DNA of 64,000 nucleotides from Longimicrobiales bacterium (GCA_963664435.2 CAXXKM010000001.1:384001-448000); one strand, 5' to 3'. Shown: positions 42,401 to 51,312, counted from the stretch's first letter. Notes: generated from the letters alone by a model not told the origin. Made by a program: numbers and translations.

Positions 42401-42581
42401 GGCGCGGAGGCGGGAAGAGCCCCCGCCATTCCACCGCGTCCGGCCCGGCAGCCTGGGCGGCGGCCGCCGCCGGCGTGAGCAGCCCGCACGCCAGCAGCGC
42501 CGCGGCAGCCCGCCGCGTCGCCCGGCCGGGACCACGGGCCCGCGGCCGGTGTACGGTGCGAGTTGAGGGAGGCTCGCTCAA
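36420..42581 (-). CDS. sprA: Cell surface protein SprA-like very large outer-membrane protein (2053 aa)
   Basis: Signal-like segment; VDYDQTREF, YQGVEDEILQGVEVGDV, DYVIDYDMGQV, EDLDGDGNL, GEVWVNDFRL; beta-strand-rich C-terminus; recognised from memory of SprA motifs, start uncertain. Confidence 0.75.
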   Translation of the reverse strand: MSEPPSTRTVHRPRARGPGRATRRAAAALLACGLLTPAAAAAQAAGPDAVEWRGLFPPPRPLASAPLPPPVLVPLGLARVSLLFPVAFEPVPGADSPWLRPAVLGPPGPGAASLLRPGASLAGRITRPSREEDEPDAGPVGFLPELPPEPEAAVIPGAGPIELQDLDVRIRGRGEFGGDWTRFRPCDAGIQLGCQPGLLPRLVPELQFGVQMGGTISERIVVNVDYDQTREFSATNNINVFYQGVEDEILQGVEVGDVTFGLPESRFLTEGIPAGNFGLRATGQLGPLDFETVFAQQRGDLSSREFRLAGAGTDRAFVQEDTIVVDNADYVRGQFFFLADPRNLFDYPHIDVLGADPGTVPSSAIPGAEPIQLYRFENDPVTRQQVEGYIQADASATLGEDTVTESGWFRYLQAGVDYFVHPSGLWIALRSPLRRDEMLAVTYVTAAGDTIGDYNPERIHNEGGRPRLSLLRASEPNHQPGRPTWDLEMHQVYRVSGSNDVEIPSVSLDISVGELSAGRTFTRGLGGEDITYLKLLGLDEESPVDVVDRAYVYKPAADDFEEQPAVSGTFIVFPTLRPFAEPPPVYSLGLSAEETSEILAGDANPEIYDAVDPYERENAGLYWLTIPFRVRSEGLISSFSLGALGIRDGSERLFFGDRALEARTDYVIDYDMGQVQLLDAETLFATDPQGDLRATWEQQALFQIAPTSVFGMNAGYALGEVGELNFLGLYQREKGLLRRPQLGVEPASILLGGLNGRMDMELPALDRALDRIPGLTHSGISRLRLNGEMALSLPSPNIEGDVYLHDFDSTSDLPLSNLSTGWRLGSAPLFRDGALEALPPELGPGDIASLQWQHTWITEGESGDSTGVFEGFLPRNDIDRQINVAGNEFREPGLLLTFGVGDGAAGGNFDRRRWRSITANLASTGLDLTRTEFLDLYIAGGEALTLVFDLGTVSEDALFVDGNGLTGGTREGGDAWGLGALDQEADPRRGEIWSDELDQRGLWDEACLATRAVVYRIGDPRVNCTRGNGRPDSEDLDGDGNLDIDERYMRYLVELDGSSPYLVRDTTGTGTLFRLYRIPLRGPRAINPGGMFNDGDFRAVKHLRLTVTGNAEGAAVLARMRLVGSRWVKRAGEGVLTGMAGDDPGTGGTIEVSPVGAVEVGAAYHPPPGVVEQLDDPTIALGAQGVEFSEKALGLTYRGLPPGERTEVYHRFPQRPRNFLTYRQARIWALARRGDWGMDRPTFFFLKVGSDEDNFYLYRTRLEPAVDPDGIRGEDWLPEILVDFNRWLELRSEAEQRLIEDPPPAGAPALVVWSADSTYAVVLQDRARAPNLSQVRELSLGVWNEGHFPDDGEVWVNDFRLSNAVTDRGLASHLNLDLNASDFMTTRVSVSDRGALFRQLEGDPSYQRDQQWTANSTLQLSRFTPASWGIELPLNVSHTSSGQDPTFLLRSDIRADRLEGLRKVAFDRTRVGVSFRKRTPSANPWAAIFLDGLSARAGYSSSQSATATSESDSRVVDARVGYDRALEPRTLPVVPGFLGDVVRALLPESLEERVLASRLRWSPERIGFGASYANQRNQTLRYEQILRLPADSSATRTRSPRRGLDTDARVIFRPFESVTATTDFTSTRDLLAPDLAVRDPAVRPLLARERWSPGGVDLGWETNRRLRTNMRWGPRPADWLQWTLTWTTTYNSDRNATLVRRQVVEADTLRDLQRNVGGQRSASASVIFDPGTLARGGPPRPVATDAPPQGTMRRIAGAFSPFTVNWQDGITSRFNREVLDPDVRYQFGLNDLEGFRVVDGTTAATLVDRNGWAMGSGLTLLPGITANVDYSVTDIATFDTRSDRASNTRSWPNLVLRASSIPLPPFVQPVVERLTVNSGYRVDTRRLSFGTGAQQQRLQEDATIPLDVSVRWGGGFSSSYRTTMTRGEGTDPTGDTRRRRNTHVFTMSGSFTPPGELGARLERPIQASLRYNQAGQSDCRITSGNDDCVPFVDQSNATFNLTLDTVVSELQIGFQASYTNRQSNIGQRLGSTQFQIGFWGQFVYNAGGFAGLP

Positions 42582-42605
42582 CGCCCAACCCGCAACCGGC
42601 TACGG

Positions 42606-44030
42606 ATGAACATTCTCACGCGCTATCTGATCCGGGCGCACGTGGCGCCGTTCTTCTTCTCGCTCACTGTGCTCACCGGCCTCTTCTTCCTCAATCTGGT
42701 CGCCCTGCGGATGGGCGCGCTGATGGGCAAGGGACTGCCGTGGCAGGTCTATGCGGAGTTCATGCTTCTCTCGCTCCCTCACACGCTCGCGCTCACCATT
42801 CCGATGTCGGTGCTCGTGGCCGTGCTCTACGCCTTCTCGGAACTCACGGAGGCCAACGAGATCACCGCGATGTCCGCCGGCGGCGTGCGCCCCGCGCGGA
42901 TTCTTGTTCCCCTGCTCACCGCGGGCACGATCACGGCCGCCCTGGTCTTCGTGCTGCACGACCGCGTGCTCCCCGAATCCAATCATCGCCTCAAGAACCT
43001 CATGGTCGACGTCCAGGGAAAGAGCCCCACGTTCCGCCTGCGCGAGCAGGTGATCAACGAGATCCAGGCCGTCAACGGCGCCACCCGCTACTTCCTGCAG
43101 GCACACAGCATCGATCCGCTGACCAATGAACTCGAGGATGTCACCATCTTCGACGTTAGCGAATACGACCAATATCGCACCATCTATGCCAACCGGGGCA
43201 CGATGGCGTTCGACGAGAGCGGCACCGATCTCTTTCTGACGCTCTTCGACGGCCACGCCTACGAGGTGAGCGACATGCGGCCGTCCGGCTTCCGGCAGCT
43301 GGCCTTCGCCAGACAGATCATCCCCATGCGCGGAGTCGCGGACGTGCTGGAGCGCAGCGACAGCGAACAGCGCGGGGACCGGGAGATGTCCACGGCCATG
43401 CTCGCGGAGGAGGTGCGCAAGGCCCGCGAAGAGCTGGCTGAGGTGCGGAGCGCCAACCTCGCGCGCTCACGGGGCGCGATGCGCGAAGCCCTGGGACTCG
43501 AGGCGGTGGAGGGAGCGGAGATCGACGATCTGCTGCCCCCCGGAGCGCTCGAAAGCCAGCGCCGCATCATCGGCGACCTGGGGCTGACCCCGCCGGACCA
43601 GCTTACGGAGGCGATCGCCGCCAACCTGCGCACCAACGCCGTGCGCGAGGAAGGGCTCCTGCTCGCCGAGAACCGGTATCGCGTGGAGTTCCACAAGAAG
43701 TGGGCGATCGCCACCGCGTGCTTCATCTTCGTGCTCGTGGGGGCCCCTCTGGCGATCCGCTTTCCCCGGGGCGGGCTCGGCACCGTGATCGTGCTCTCCG
43801 GCGGCATCTTCGCCATCTACTGGACGACGCTGATCGGGGGCGAGTCGCTCGCCGACCGGGGCCATCTGGAGCCGAACGTAGCCATGTGGATCTCGAACGT
43901 CATCTTCCTGGTCGCCGGCATCCGGCTGGCCTCGCGCATGGGACGCGCCGTCTCCGCGCCTCGAGATTCGGGCCAGGGCGGCATCCGGCGACTGCTGGTC
44001 AACCGGTTCGGCGGGAGCGCGGACGCATGA
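42606..44030 (+). CDS. lptF: LPS export permease LptF/LptG family
   Basis: ILTRYLI, IPMSVLVAVL, NEITAMSAGG, EFHKKWA, AMWISN. Confidence 0.88.
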   Translation: MNILTRYLIRAHVAPFFFSLTVLTGLFFLNLVALRMGALMGKGLPWQVYAEFMLLSLPHTLALTIPMSVLVAVLYAFSELTEANEITAMSAGGVRPARILVPLLTAGTITAALVFVLHDRVLPESNHRLKNLMVDVQGKSPTFRLREQVINEIQAVNGATRYFLQAHSIDPLTNELEDVTIFDVSEYDQYRTIYANRGTMAFDESGTDLFLTLFDGHAYEVSDMRPSGFRQLAFARQIIPMRGVADVLERSDSEQRGDREMSTAMLAEEVRKAREELAEVRSANLARSRGAMREALGLEAVEGAEIDDLLPPGALESQRRIIGDLGLTPPDQLTEAIAANLRTNAVREEGLLLAENRYRVEFHKKWAIATACFIFVLVGAPLAIRFPRGGLGTVIVLSGGIFAIYWTTLIGGESLADRGHLEPNVAMWISNVIFLVAGIRLASRMGRAVSAPRDSGQGGIRRLLVNRFGGSADA

Positions 44031-45139
44031 GGCTCCTCGACCGCCTCGTCGCGACCAGTTTCCTCCGCATCTTCGTGGCCTTCGTGGCCGCCGTGCCCCT
44101 CCTGTTCGTGATCGGCGACCTCACCGAGAACATCGACGAGTACCTTGACCGAGGGCTCCCGATGGCGGAGGTCCTGCGGGCCTACGGATTCCAGATGCTC
44201 CAGTTCGTGTTCTGGTCCTTTCCGATGGCGACCCTGATCGGGGCCGTCTTCACCATTCACGCCATGACCGTGCACCGGGAGATCGTGGCCGCCAAGGCGG
44301 GCGGCATCTCCTTCCATCGGCTGGCGGTGCCGGTGCTGGCCCTGGGCGTCGCGCTCGCCGGGGTGTCGTTCTACATCAGCGACATCGTGCCCCGCGCCAA
44401 TCGCGCCGCCTTCGACATCCTCGAGGAACGCAACTTCAGCCGGGACTGGCGCATCAACTTCGTGTACCAGACCGAGGAGGGGCACAGCCTTTCCGTGCGG
44501 CGCCTGACCGTGATGGCCGGCGAGCTGCAGGACGTGGTGCTGGAGCACCGCCCGGTTACCGCGGAGCCCGGCTCGGGACCCTCCCTGCACGCGGTCGCGG
44601 ACCGTGCCTATTTCAATGACGAGTCGGGCTGGACCTTCAGCGACGGCTACGTGCGACGCCTGCTCCCGGATGCCCGCGAACAGACCTATCGGTTCGGCAG
44701 CATGAAGACGCGCGGGTTCTCGGAACGTCCGGACGAGCTGCTCGAGGCATCCCGCTCCGGAAACCGCATGTCCGACGCCCAGAACGACCGCCTGGCCCAG
44801 ATGACGCGCGCGGACATCGACCGGCAGGTGGGGATCATCGAGCGCAGCGGGGGCAGCGCCTCCGAGTACCTCGTCGAGCGCGAACAGCGCAGCGCGCTCG
44901 CCCTCGCCACGTTCGTCATGGTCCTCTTCGGCCTGCCCCTGGGGACCTCCTCCCAGCGCGGGAGCGCGGCCTACGGCGCCGGCGTGTCGATCGCCTCCAT
45001 CACCCTGTACCTGATCCTCTTCCGGGTTCTGGGGGCGGCGGCGGGCGCGGGGGTCTTCTCACCCACCCTCGCGGCGTGGACCCCCAACGCGGTGTTCCTG
45101 GCGATGGGCGCGTTTCTGATGTTTCGCGTGCGAACGTAG
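44027..45139 (+). CDS. lptG: LPS export permease LptF/LptG family
   Basis: MRLLDR start overlapping lptF stop (ATGA), EIVAAKAGGIS, AAWTPN. Confidence 0.88.
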   Translation: MRLLDRLVATSFLRIFVAFVAAVPLLFVIGDLTENIDEYLDRGLPMAEVLRAYGFQMLQFVFWSFPMATLIGAVFTIHAMTVHREIVAAKAGGISFHRLAVPVLALGVALAGVSFYISDIVPRANRAAFDILEERNFSRDWRINFVYQTEEGHSLSVRRLTVMAGELQDVVLEHRPVTAEPGSGPSLHAVADRAYFNDESGWTFSDGYVRRLLPDAREQTYRFGSMKTRGFSERPDELLEASRSGNRMSDAQNDRLAQMTRADIDRQVGIIERSGGSASEYLVEREQRSALALATFVMVLFGLPLGTSSQRGSAAYGAGVSIASITLYLILFRVLGAAAGAGVFSPTLAAWTPNAVFLAMGAFLMFRVRT

Positions 45140-45200
45140 CAACGCGCGTGCGAACGGCAGGAACGCGCGTGCGAATGCAGGAGCGGGTTCGCATACGCAC
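45125..45200. repeat. Three ~20-21 bp tandem repeats at the lptG stop plus a partial inverted copy
   Basis: CGCGTGCGAA x3, then TTCGCATACGC. Confidence 0.8.
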
Positions 45201-45206
45201 CTTGGG

Positions 45207-45244
45207 AAAACAGCCCCGGAAGGGGTTCGTCCCTCCCGGGGCTG
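45207..45244 (-). terminator. Intrinsic terminator for the minus-strand gene
   Basis: CAGCCCCGG...CCGGGGCTG stem with TTCG loop, flanked by AAAA (U-tract on minus). Confidence 0.7.
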
Positions 45245-45281
45245 GCCGATGTGGCTTCGGGCCGCAGGGACCCTGGCCGAT

Positions 45282-47339
45282 TCAGCTGACCGGGCGATCC
45301 TTCGGCAGGATCTTGACCGACCACAGCCCCGAGTTGATGTCCGCGAAGAAGACGTTGCCCTTCCACGGCATCACGCCCCATGCGGCCGGAGCGTTGGGGA
45401 TGTACCCGAGCGGATCGTGCGCCTTGAAGACCGAGATCTCGCGTCCCTGGGTATACAGGTTCCCCATCAGGTCGCCGGAGATGTCCACCATCCGGAGGCC
45501 CCCCTCGTAGTAGGCCTCGTAGAGGATGTCGTCCTCGACCCACATGTTGTGGGTGCCGTACTCGGACACCTCGTAGCGCGCCACCATCTCGGGCGACTCG
45601 GGATCGGTGAAGTCCACGATCTGGATGTAGCCCGAGGTCGCCCGCGGATACCCGCCCCTGCCCGTCTCCGGGTCGTACTGGATCCTGTGGTCCGGACCGG
45701 TGCCCTCCCAGGCGAGCCCCTCGCGGCTGACGATCTCGTCGCCGGCGATGAGGTAGAACTTGCCGGTGGACTCCTGCAGGTAGGGGAATACGGCGTGCGT
45801 CTGGCCGGAGGGAAGCGGGATGTTGGTCACGAAGACCGGGTTCTCGGGTGAGCCGCCCCAGCGGCCGTTGCCCACGTCGACGACGACGATGCCGTTCTCC
45901 CACTCCGCCGAGTAGGCGACGCCGTCGTGCACCCAGACGTCGTGCACGCGGCTGTCCGGGTGGTCGTACTCGCCCGCGTAACGCGGGTTGTAGATGTCGG
46001 CCATGTCCAGGATGACGTACTTGTCGCCCGCGGACAGGACGAAGAGGTGCTCGTTGGTGGCGAACATGTTGTGCACGCCGCCGGTCACGCCCTCGTCCCA
46101 GGTGGAGGCGATGGTGGGATGCGCCGGATTGGCCAGGTCGAGGATCACCACCCCGTTGCGGCGGTTGGAGGCGCCCTCGCGCGAGATGACGCCGTAGCGG
46201 CCGTCGGGAGACGCCTTGACGTCGTTGGTGGTGCGCGCGTCGACCATGATGGAGTCGGTCTTGACGATGTTGGCGGGGTCGGTGATGTCCCACACGAAGG
46301 TCACCCCGTTGCCCATCTTGGAGCCCGTGAGCGCGTAGTCGCGCCCGTCGACCCCTTCCCAGATCCACAGGTCGGTGGTGAAGACGCGCGATTCGCGTCC
46401 CTGCCCCACGATCTCGAGCTCCTGCACCGCGCCCCGGCGGCTGACCCGCACCGACTCGCGCGCCGACAGGTGGCCGGCGGTCGCGACCACCGTGTAGAGG
46501 CCCGGCCAGTCGGCCACGAAGCGGCCGTCGTCGACCTGACCCGGGCCGGCGGGCGCCACGATGCTGTCGTCGGGCATGTAGGCGAGCGACCAGGTGACCG
46601 GCGCGCGCGGGACCTCGTTGCCGGCGTCGTCCAGTACGTTGGCGGCAAACTCCACCACGTCGCCGGTGAGGAGGTCGGCGCCACCGCCGGTAAGCTGGAG
46701 GGACGTGGCCGGGAAGGCCTCGATGGTGCGCTCCACCTCCCCCCTCGTCCCCTCCACCGTGGCCGTCACGGTGACCGGGCCCGGGCGGTGGGCGGTTACG
46801 TTGCCGAACGCGTCGACCGAGGCCACCTCGGTGTCGGAGACAGACCAGGCCACCTCGGCGGTCGGGCGCGCCGACCCGTCCGCGTGCAGGGCGGTCGCCG
46901 TGTAACGGACCGTCGTGCCGGCGTACAGCATGCGGTCGCCCGCATCCACCTCGACGGTCGCCACCTCCGGCCAGTCCACCACCACCGGAATGGTGAGCTG
47001 GGCCACCGGCGCGCCGCTGGCGGGCATCACCACCATGGCGCGCACGTCGTACTGGCCGGCCTCGAAGGCCTCGATGTTGCCGTCGCGGATGCGCAGGGCC
47101 CTTCGCGGCGCGCTCACCCGGATGGGAATGTCCACCGCCGCGCCGGCGGCGTCATAGGCGGTCACCCGGAGGGGCACGACATCCCCCACCCGCAGAGACA
47201 GCTCGGCGGGCTCGGCCTCCAGCCGGGTGACGACGGTGGGGTCGGGTTCGGGGGTCTGGGCGGCCAACTTCTCCGCCGAGGTGAGCGCGGGGGCCGTCAG
47301 GACGACGGCTACCGGGAGAATGAGCCTGAATAAACGCAT
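45282..47339 (-). CDS. Secreted protein with Ig-like domains and LVIVD-repeat propeller
   Basis: Signal peptide; WSVSDTEVASVDAFGNVTA (Big_2-like); repeated DITDPANI/DLANPAHP/VHDVWV/THNMWV. Confidence 0.85.
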   Translation of the reverse strand: MRLFRLILPVAVVLTAPALTSAEKLAAQTPEPDPTVVTRLEAEPAELSLRVGDVVPLRVTAYDAAGAAVDIPIRVSAPRRALRIRDGNIEAFEAGQYDVRAMVVMPASGAPVAQLTIPVVVDWPEVATVEVDAGDRMLYAGTTVRYTATALHADGSARPTAEVAWSVSDTEVASVDAFGNVTAHRPGPVTVTATVEGTRGEVERTIEAFPATSLQLTGGGADLLTGDVVEFAANVLDDAGNEVPRAPVTWSLAYMPDDSIVAPAGPGQVDDGRFVADWPGLYTVVATAGHLSARESVRVSRRGAVQELEIVGQGRESRVFTTDLWIWEGVDGRDYALTGSKMGNGVTFVWDITDPANIVKTDSIMVDARTTNDVKASPDGRYGVISREGASNRRNGVVILDLANPAHPTIASTWDEGVTGGVHNMFATNEHLFVLSAGDKYVILDMADIYNPRYAGEYDHPDSRVHDVWVHDGVAYSAEWENGIVVVDVGNGRWGGSPENPVFVTNIPLPSGQTHAVFPYLQESTGKFYLIAGDEIVSREGLAWEGTGPDHRIQYDPETGRGGYPRATSGYIQIVDFTDPESPEMVARYEVSEYGTHNMWVEDDILYEAYYEGGLRMVDISGDLMGNLYTQGREISVFKAHDPLGYIPNAPAAWGVMPWKGNVFFADINSGLWSVKILPKDRPVS

Positions 47340-47746
47340 GGGACCTCCTTGCAACGGGCACGACCAAGCTTGGCTTCCAGAATAGCGCGCGGGGGCCGGT
47401 CGTCGAAAGAAGCGATGGCCGATTTCGCGTTGCCCTCCGCCGCCGCGCCCGGCGCCATCGACAGAACAACGGGCATGTACCGGATGACGCCCTGATCGTC
47501 GATCGTCGCCAGGAGCCTGCCGTCGTGCCAGAACTCGACGGTATCGGTATCGGTGACGAAGGCATGGTAGCGCATGAACGCGCCGGCATATGTGGTGCGC
47601 CCTCGGATCGCCGCCGCCTCGCCGGGCGTGACCTCGACGCGATGCGCCGCCGCGGCCGGGACGATGCGCCCCGGCCCTTCGCCGCGAGGCGTCGTTGACG
47701 GCGCGCAGCCGGCCAGCACCAGCATCAGGCACAAGCACCTGGTCAT
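47309..47746 (-). CDS. Putative lipoprotein
   Basis: MTRCLCLMLVLAG/C lipobox; overlaps the next gene by 31 nt. Confidence 0.45.
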   Translation of the reverse strand: MTRCLCLMLVLAGCAPSTTPRGEGPGRIVPAAAAHRVEVTPGEAAAIRGRTTYAGAFMRYHAFVTDTDTVEFWHDGRLLATIDDQGVIRYMPVVLSMAPGAAAEGNAKSAIASFDDRPPRAILEAKLGRARCKEVPCVYSGSFSR

Positions 47747-48060
47747 TCCGTACCTCCGGCAGCGCGCCGTCCGCGTCCCCGGCTCCGGGCAACCCGCCTC
47801 GGAACTCCCCCGGCGCGGCGGACGTACCCCCTCTCCGCGCAACCCTACGCGCGCCTGACCGCTTCCGCCAGCGTTCACAGGTGGGCAGCGCCGGCCATGG
47901 CGCAGCCGGCTCGAGGACGCGGTCCTGGCCGCGATGCCACGCTCACCTGACGATCAGACGCCTTGCGACCAACGACTGGACGCCGGATAGATGAGCCTAT
48001 ATTGCATACTGTAATGTCTATCTCACATGCTGATCCCTTGGATCTCCGGACCGGAACCCC

Positions 48061-49380
48061 ATGACCCCACCCACCCCCGACCTCACCTCCGCCGAAGCCC
48101 GCGTGCTCGCCGCCATAGACGTCGACGGCCTGCTCGACACCATCTCGCGGCTGGTGGCGATCCCCACCGACCGGGGCCGGGAGACGCCCGCCCAGGAGCA
48201 GATGGCGGAGTGGATGGCCCGCGCAGGCATGAACGTGGACGTCTGGGAGATCGACTTCGAAGAGCTGGCCGCCCACCCCCGCTTCAGCATCGAGATCGAG
48301 CGCGGACGATCGCTGGGGGTGGTCGGCTCGCTCGGGCGCGCAGACGGCTCGCTCGGCGGCACCGGCCCGCGGGGCGGCCGAAGCCCCGGCCGCTCCCTCA
48401 TCCTCAACGGGCACATCGACGTCGTTCCCGCGGGCGACCTGTCCAGGTGGACGGTCCCTCCCTGGCAGGGCACCATCCGCGACGGCAACCTGGTGGGCCG
48501 TGGCGCGCTCGACATGAAGGGGGCGCTCTGCTGCGGGCTGTACGCGGTCCGCGCGATCGTGGATGCCGGGGTGGAACTGGACGGGCAGCTTCTGCTCCAG
48601 AGCGTGATCGCCGAGGAAGACGGAGGCGCGGGCACCCTGGCCGCCATCCAGCGTGGCTACGCCGCCGACGGCGCGGTGGTCATCGAACCCACCTGCCTGT
48701 CCCTCGCGCCCGCGCAGGGAGGCGCCCTGAACTTCCGCATCCACGTGAGGGGACGCTCCGCACACGGCGCCCTCCGCACCGAGGGCGTCAGCGCCATCGA
48801 CGGCTTCATCCCCATCTACCGGGCGCTGCAGGCGCTCGAGGCGCGGCGCAACTCCGGCGTCCGGGACCCGCTCTTCGCGCACTACGACGTGCCCTTCCCC
48901 CTGAGCGTGGGCACCGTGCGCGCGGGGGAGTGGGCCTCGAACGTGCCGGAGAGCCTCTGCTTCGAGGGCCGTTACGGCGTGGCCGTGGGAGAGGAACCCG
49001 CCGAGGCGCAGGCGATGTTCGAGCAGGCCGTGGCCGAAGCGGCTCGCTCGGACCCCTGGCTGGAGCGCTACCCGCCGAGCGTGGAGTGGTGGGGCGGACA
49101 GTTCCATCCGGCGGCCACGGATCCGTCGGACCCCATCGTGCGCACGGTCGCGGATGCCTTCCGGGACATCGAGGGACGCGAGCCGCGCATCGAAGGGATG
49201 CCCTACGGGGCGGACATGCAACTGCTGGTGAACGTAGGAGGCACCCCCACGGTGATGTTCGGCCCCGGAGACGTGCGCAACGCCCATCGTCCCGACGAAT
49301 GGGTGCCGATCGCTGAACTGGAGACGGTGACGCGGACCCTCGCGCTGACGGCGCTCCGCTTCTGCGGACACCGGGGCTGA
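48061..49380 (+). CDS. ArgE/DapE-family M20 deacylase
   Basis: LNGHIDVVP, GRGALDMKG, EEDGGAG, EPT, GRSAHG, AHRPDEWV. Confidence 0.92.
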   Translation: MTPPTPDLTSAEARVLAAIDVDGLLDTISRLVAIPTDRGRETPAQEQMAEWMARAGMNVDVWEIDFEELAAHPRFSIEIERGRSLGVVGSLGRADGSLGGTGPRGGRSPGRSLILNGHIDVVPAGDLSRWTVPPWQGTIRDGNLVGRGALDMKGALCCGLYAVRAIVDAGVELDGQLLLQSVIAEEDGGAGTLAAIQRGYAADGAVVIEPTCLSLAPAQGGALNFRIHVRGRSAHGALRTEGVSAIDGFIPIYRALQALEARRNSGVRDPLFAHYDVPFPLSVGTVRAGEWASNVPESLCFEGRYGVAVGEEPAEAQAMFEQAVAEAARSDPWLERYPPSVEWWGGQFHPAATDPSDPIVRTVADAFRDIEGREPRIEGMPYGADMQLLVNVGGTPTVMFGPGDVRNAHRPDEWVPIAELETVTRTLALTALRFCGHRG

Positions 49381-49517
49381 CAGCTCGGGAGCCGGCTCAG
49401 GCTTCACGGGCCGGCAGCGGCTGGTTCGATGCTGGTCTTCGTCAACGACACGCGCCCGGATCCCCCCTTGACCGGACGTAGTGGACCGGCTGCCGAGGCA
49501 TCAGGATTCGAAGTCGC

Positions 49518-50090
49518 TCAGCTCTTATCCCGGTCCATCGCTGCCCCGAGCGCCCTCGTGTACCATTCGAGGGTCTCGATGAAGCGCGCGAACGCCTTCT
49601 CGTACCTCTCCTCCCGCGGCTCCCCGTCGTCGTCGAAGCTTCGGCCCACGGTCGTGACGGCCATGTGCGCCACCGGGAGGGCCTTGAGGCGGAGGAAGAG
49701 GAGCTGCAGGTGGTTGTGGACCTGGACACCGCCGAAGGCGCCGGCCGAAAGCGTGACGACCCCCACCGGCTTCCGCTCCCACTCGCCATAGATGTAGTCG
49801 AGCGCGTTCTTGAGAACGCCGGGCATCGAGCCATTGTACTCGGGACTGACGATCACCACGGCGTCGGACTCGCGAATCGCTTCCGAGAACCGGACCAGTC
49901 GGGGCGGTGGATCGTCTCGACGGTAGAGCCGCTCCTCCATGATCGGGAAATCGAAGTCGGCAAGGTCGAGAAGCGGGGCCTCGGCGCCGGCGCGCCGCAG
50001 CCGGTCGCTGGCGAATCGGGCCACCTTGATCGATTGGCGGCCCCTGCGCACGGAGCCGACGAGTACGGGGATTCGCAGCGGGTCGTTCAT
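49518..50090 (-). CDS. NADPH-dependent FMN reductase
   Basis: GSVRRGRQS, SPEYNGSMPGVLKNALD, GGV; in-frame ATG 50132 overlaps the upstream stop. Confidence 0.9.
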   Translation of the reverse strand: MNDPLRIPVLVGSVRRGRQSIKVARFASDRLRRAGAEAPLLDLADFDFPIMEERLYRRDDPPPRLVRFSEAIRESDAVVIVSPEYNGSMPGVLKNALDYIYGEWERKPVGVVTLSAGAFGGVQVHNHLQLLFLRLKALPVAHMAVTTVGRSFDDDGEPREERYEKAFARFIETLEWYTRALGAAMDRDKS

Positions 50091-50128
50091 GAAGTATCCT
50101 CCGGCCGGATCAGGGAAACCGGGGGGGG

Positions 50129-51184
50129 TCATTCCGCCCAGATGTCTCCCACCGTGAATCCCTCCGGGAAGGGATCCGTGTCGTCGACCACGTATTGGGC
50201 GATTCCGGTGATCCAGGCGGTGCCGCTCAGCGTGGGCACCACCGCGGGAATGCCGCCAACTTCGGTCTCCTCGACGAGCTCGCCCGTCCACACGGTGCCG
50301 ATGATGCTCTCGTGGCGGAACTCCTCGCCCAGGTCCAGTTCTCCCCTGGCGTGCAGCACGGCCATCTTCGCGCAGGTGCCGGTGCCGCACGGGGAGCGGT
50401 CCAGGCAGCCCTTCCAGCTCTCGGGCCGGTCCCAGCTCGGCCTGCCTGTGGAGACCGTGACCGCGTTGCGCCGGTGTGCATCGCCCAGGGGCGGCCCTGA
50501 GAGCTGTGAAATCGATACGCCTCCGATTTCCGGAGTCAGGGGATGCGCGACAGAGAGCTGCTCGGCGGCGGCCACGCGCAACATCTCGCCCACCCGCGTG
50601 ATCTGCCCTCCGTTCTCGGGCAGGAGCTCGATGCCGAACTGCTCTGCATCAGCGATGACGTAGAACATCCCCCCGAACCCGACGTCCACCGTCACCTCGC
50701 CGAGCCCGGGCACGTCCACCACGGCGTCCAGATGAAGCGCGAATGCGGGCACGTTGCGGAAGGTGACCCTGGTGACCTTGCCGCCGCTGACCTCGGCGCG
50801 GACCCGGATGAGCCCTGCGGGAGCCTCCAGCAGCAGCTCCGTCACCGGCTCCTGAGAGGGTACCATCCCGGTCTCGATCAGGACCGTGGCCACGCAGATG
50901 GTGTTGCTCCCGGACATGGGCGGGTACTCGGTGTGCTCCATGATGACGAAGCCGGCGTCCGCCTCCGGATGCGTCGGAGGCAGGATCACATTGCAGCAGA
51001 GCGCCGGATAGCCGCGGGGCTCGCGCAACATGCGCCGCCGCAGACCGTCGCGGTGACGGGCCAGCCACTGCGCCTTCTCGAACATCGACGTGCCGGGGAC
51101 ATCCATCACGCCGCCGACGATGACCCGTCCGGGCTCGCCGCCGGCGTGGGCGTCGACCGCCGTGACCATCTTCGATACGCGCAT
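50129..51184 (-). CDS. Proline racemase superfamily protein, Ser/Cys active-site pair
   Basis: DAHAGGEPGR, EPRG, PMSGSN, GGMFY, DRSPCGTGT. Confidence 0.93.
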   Translation of the reverse strand: MRVSKMVTAVDAHAGGEPGRVIVGGVMDVPGTSMFEKAQWLARHRDGLRRRMLREPRGYPALCCNVILPPTHPEADAGFVIMEHTEYPPMSGSNTICVATVLIETGMVPSQEPVTELLLEAPAGLIRVRAEVSGGKVTRVTFRNVPAFALHLDAVVDVPGLGEVTVDVGFGGMFYVIADAEQFGIELLPENGGQITRVGEMLRVAAAEQLSVAHPLTPEIGGVSISQLSGPPLGDAHRRNAVTVSTGRPSWDRPESWKGCLDRSPCGTGTCAKMAVLHARGELDLGEEFRHESIIGTVWTGELVEETEVGGIPAVVPTLSGTAWITGIAQYVVDDTDPFPEGFTVGDIWAE

Positions 51185-51312
51185 GTTCTACTCCGTGAAT
51201 TGGGGTTGGAAGATCGGGGATTCGCGGGGCGATGGCGTGCGCGGCGCCCTGCAGGCTCCCATACCAGGCCCCTCTGCCGGCTGTTGCTGAGGCGTAGATT
51301 CCTGGAACGTGG

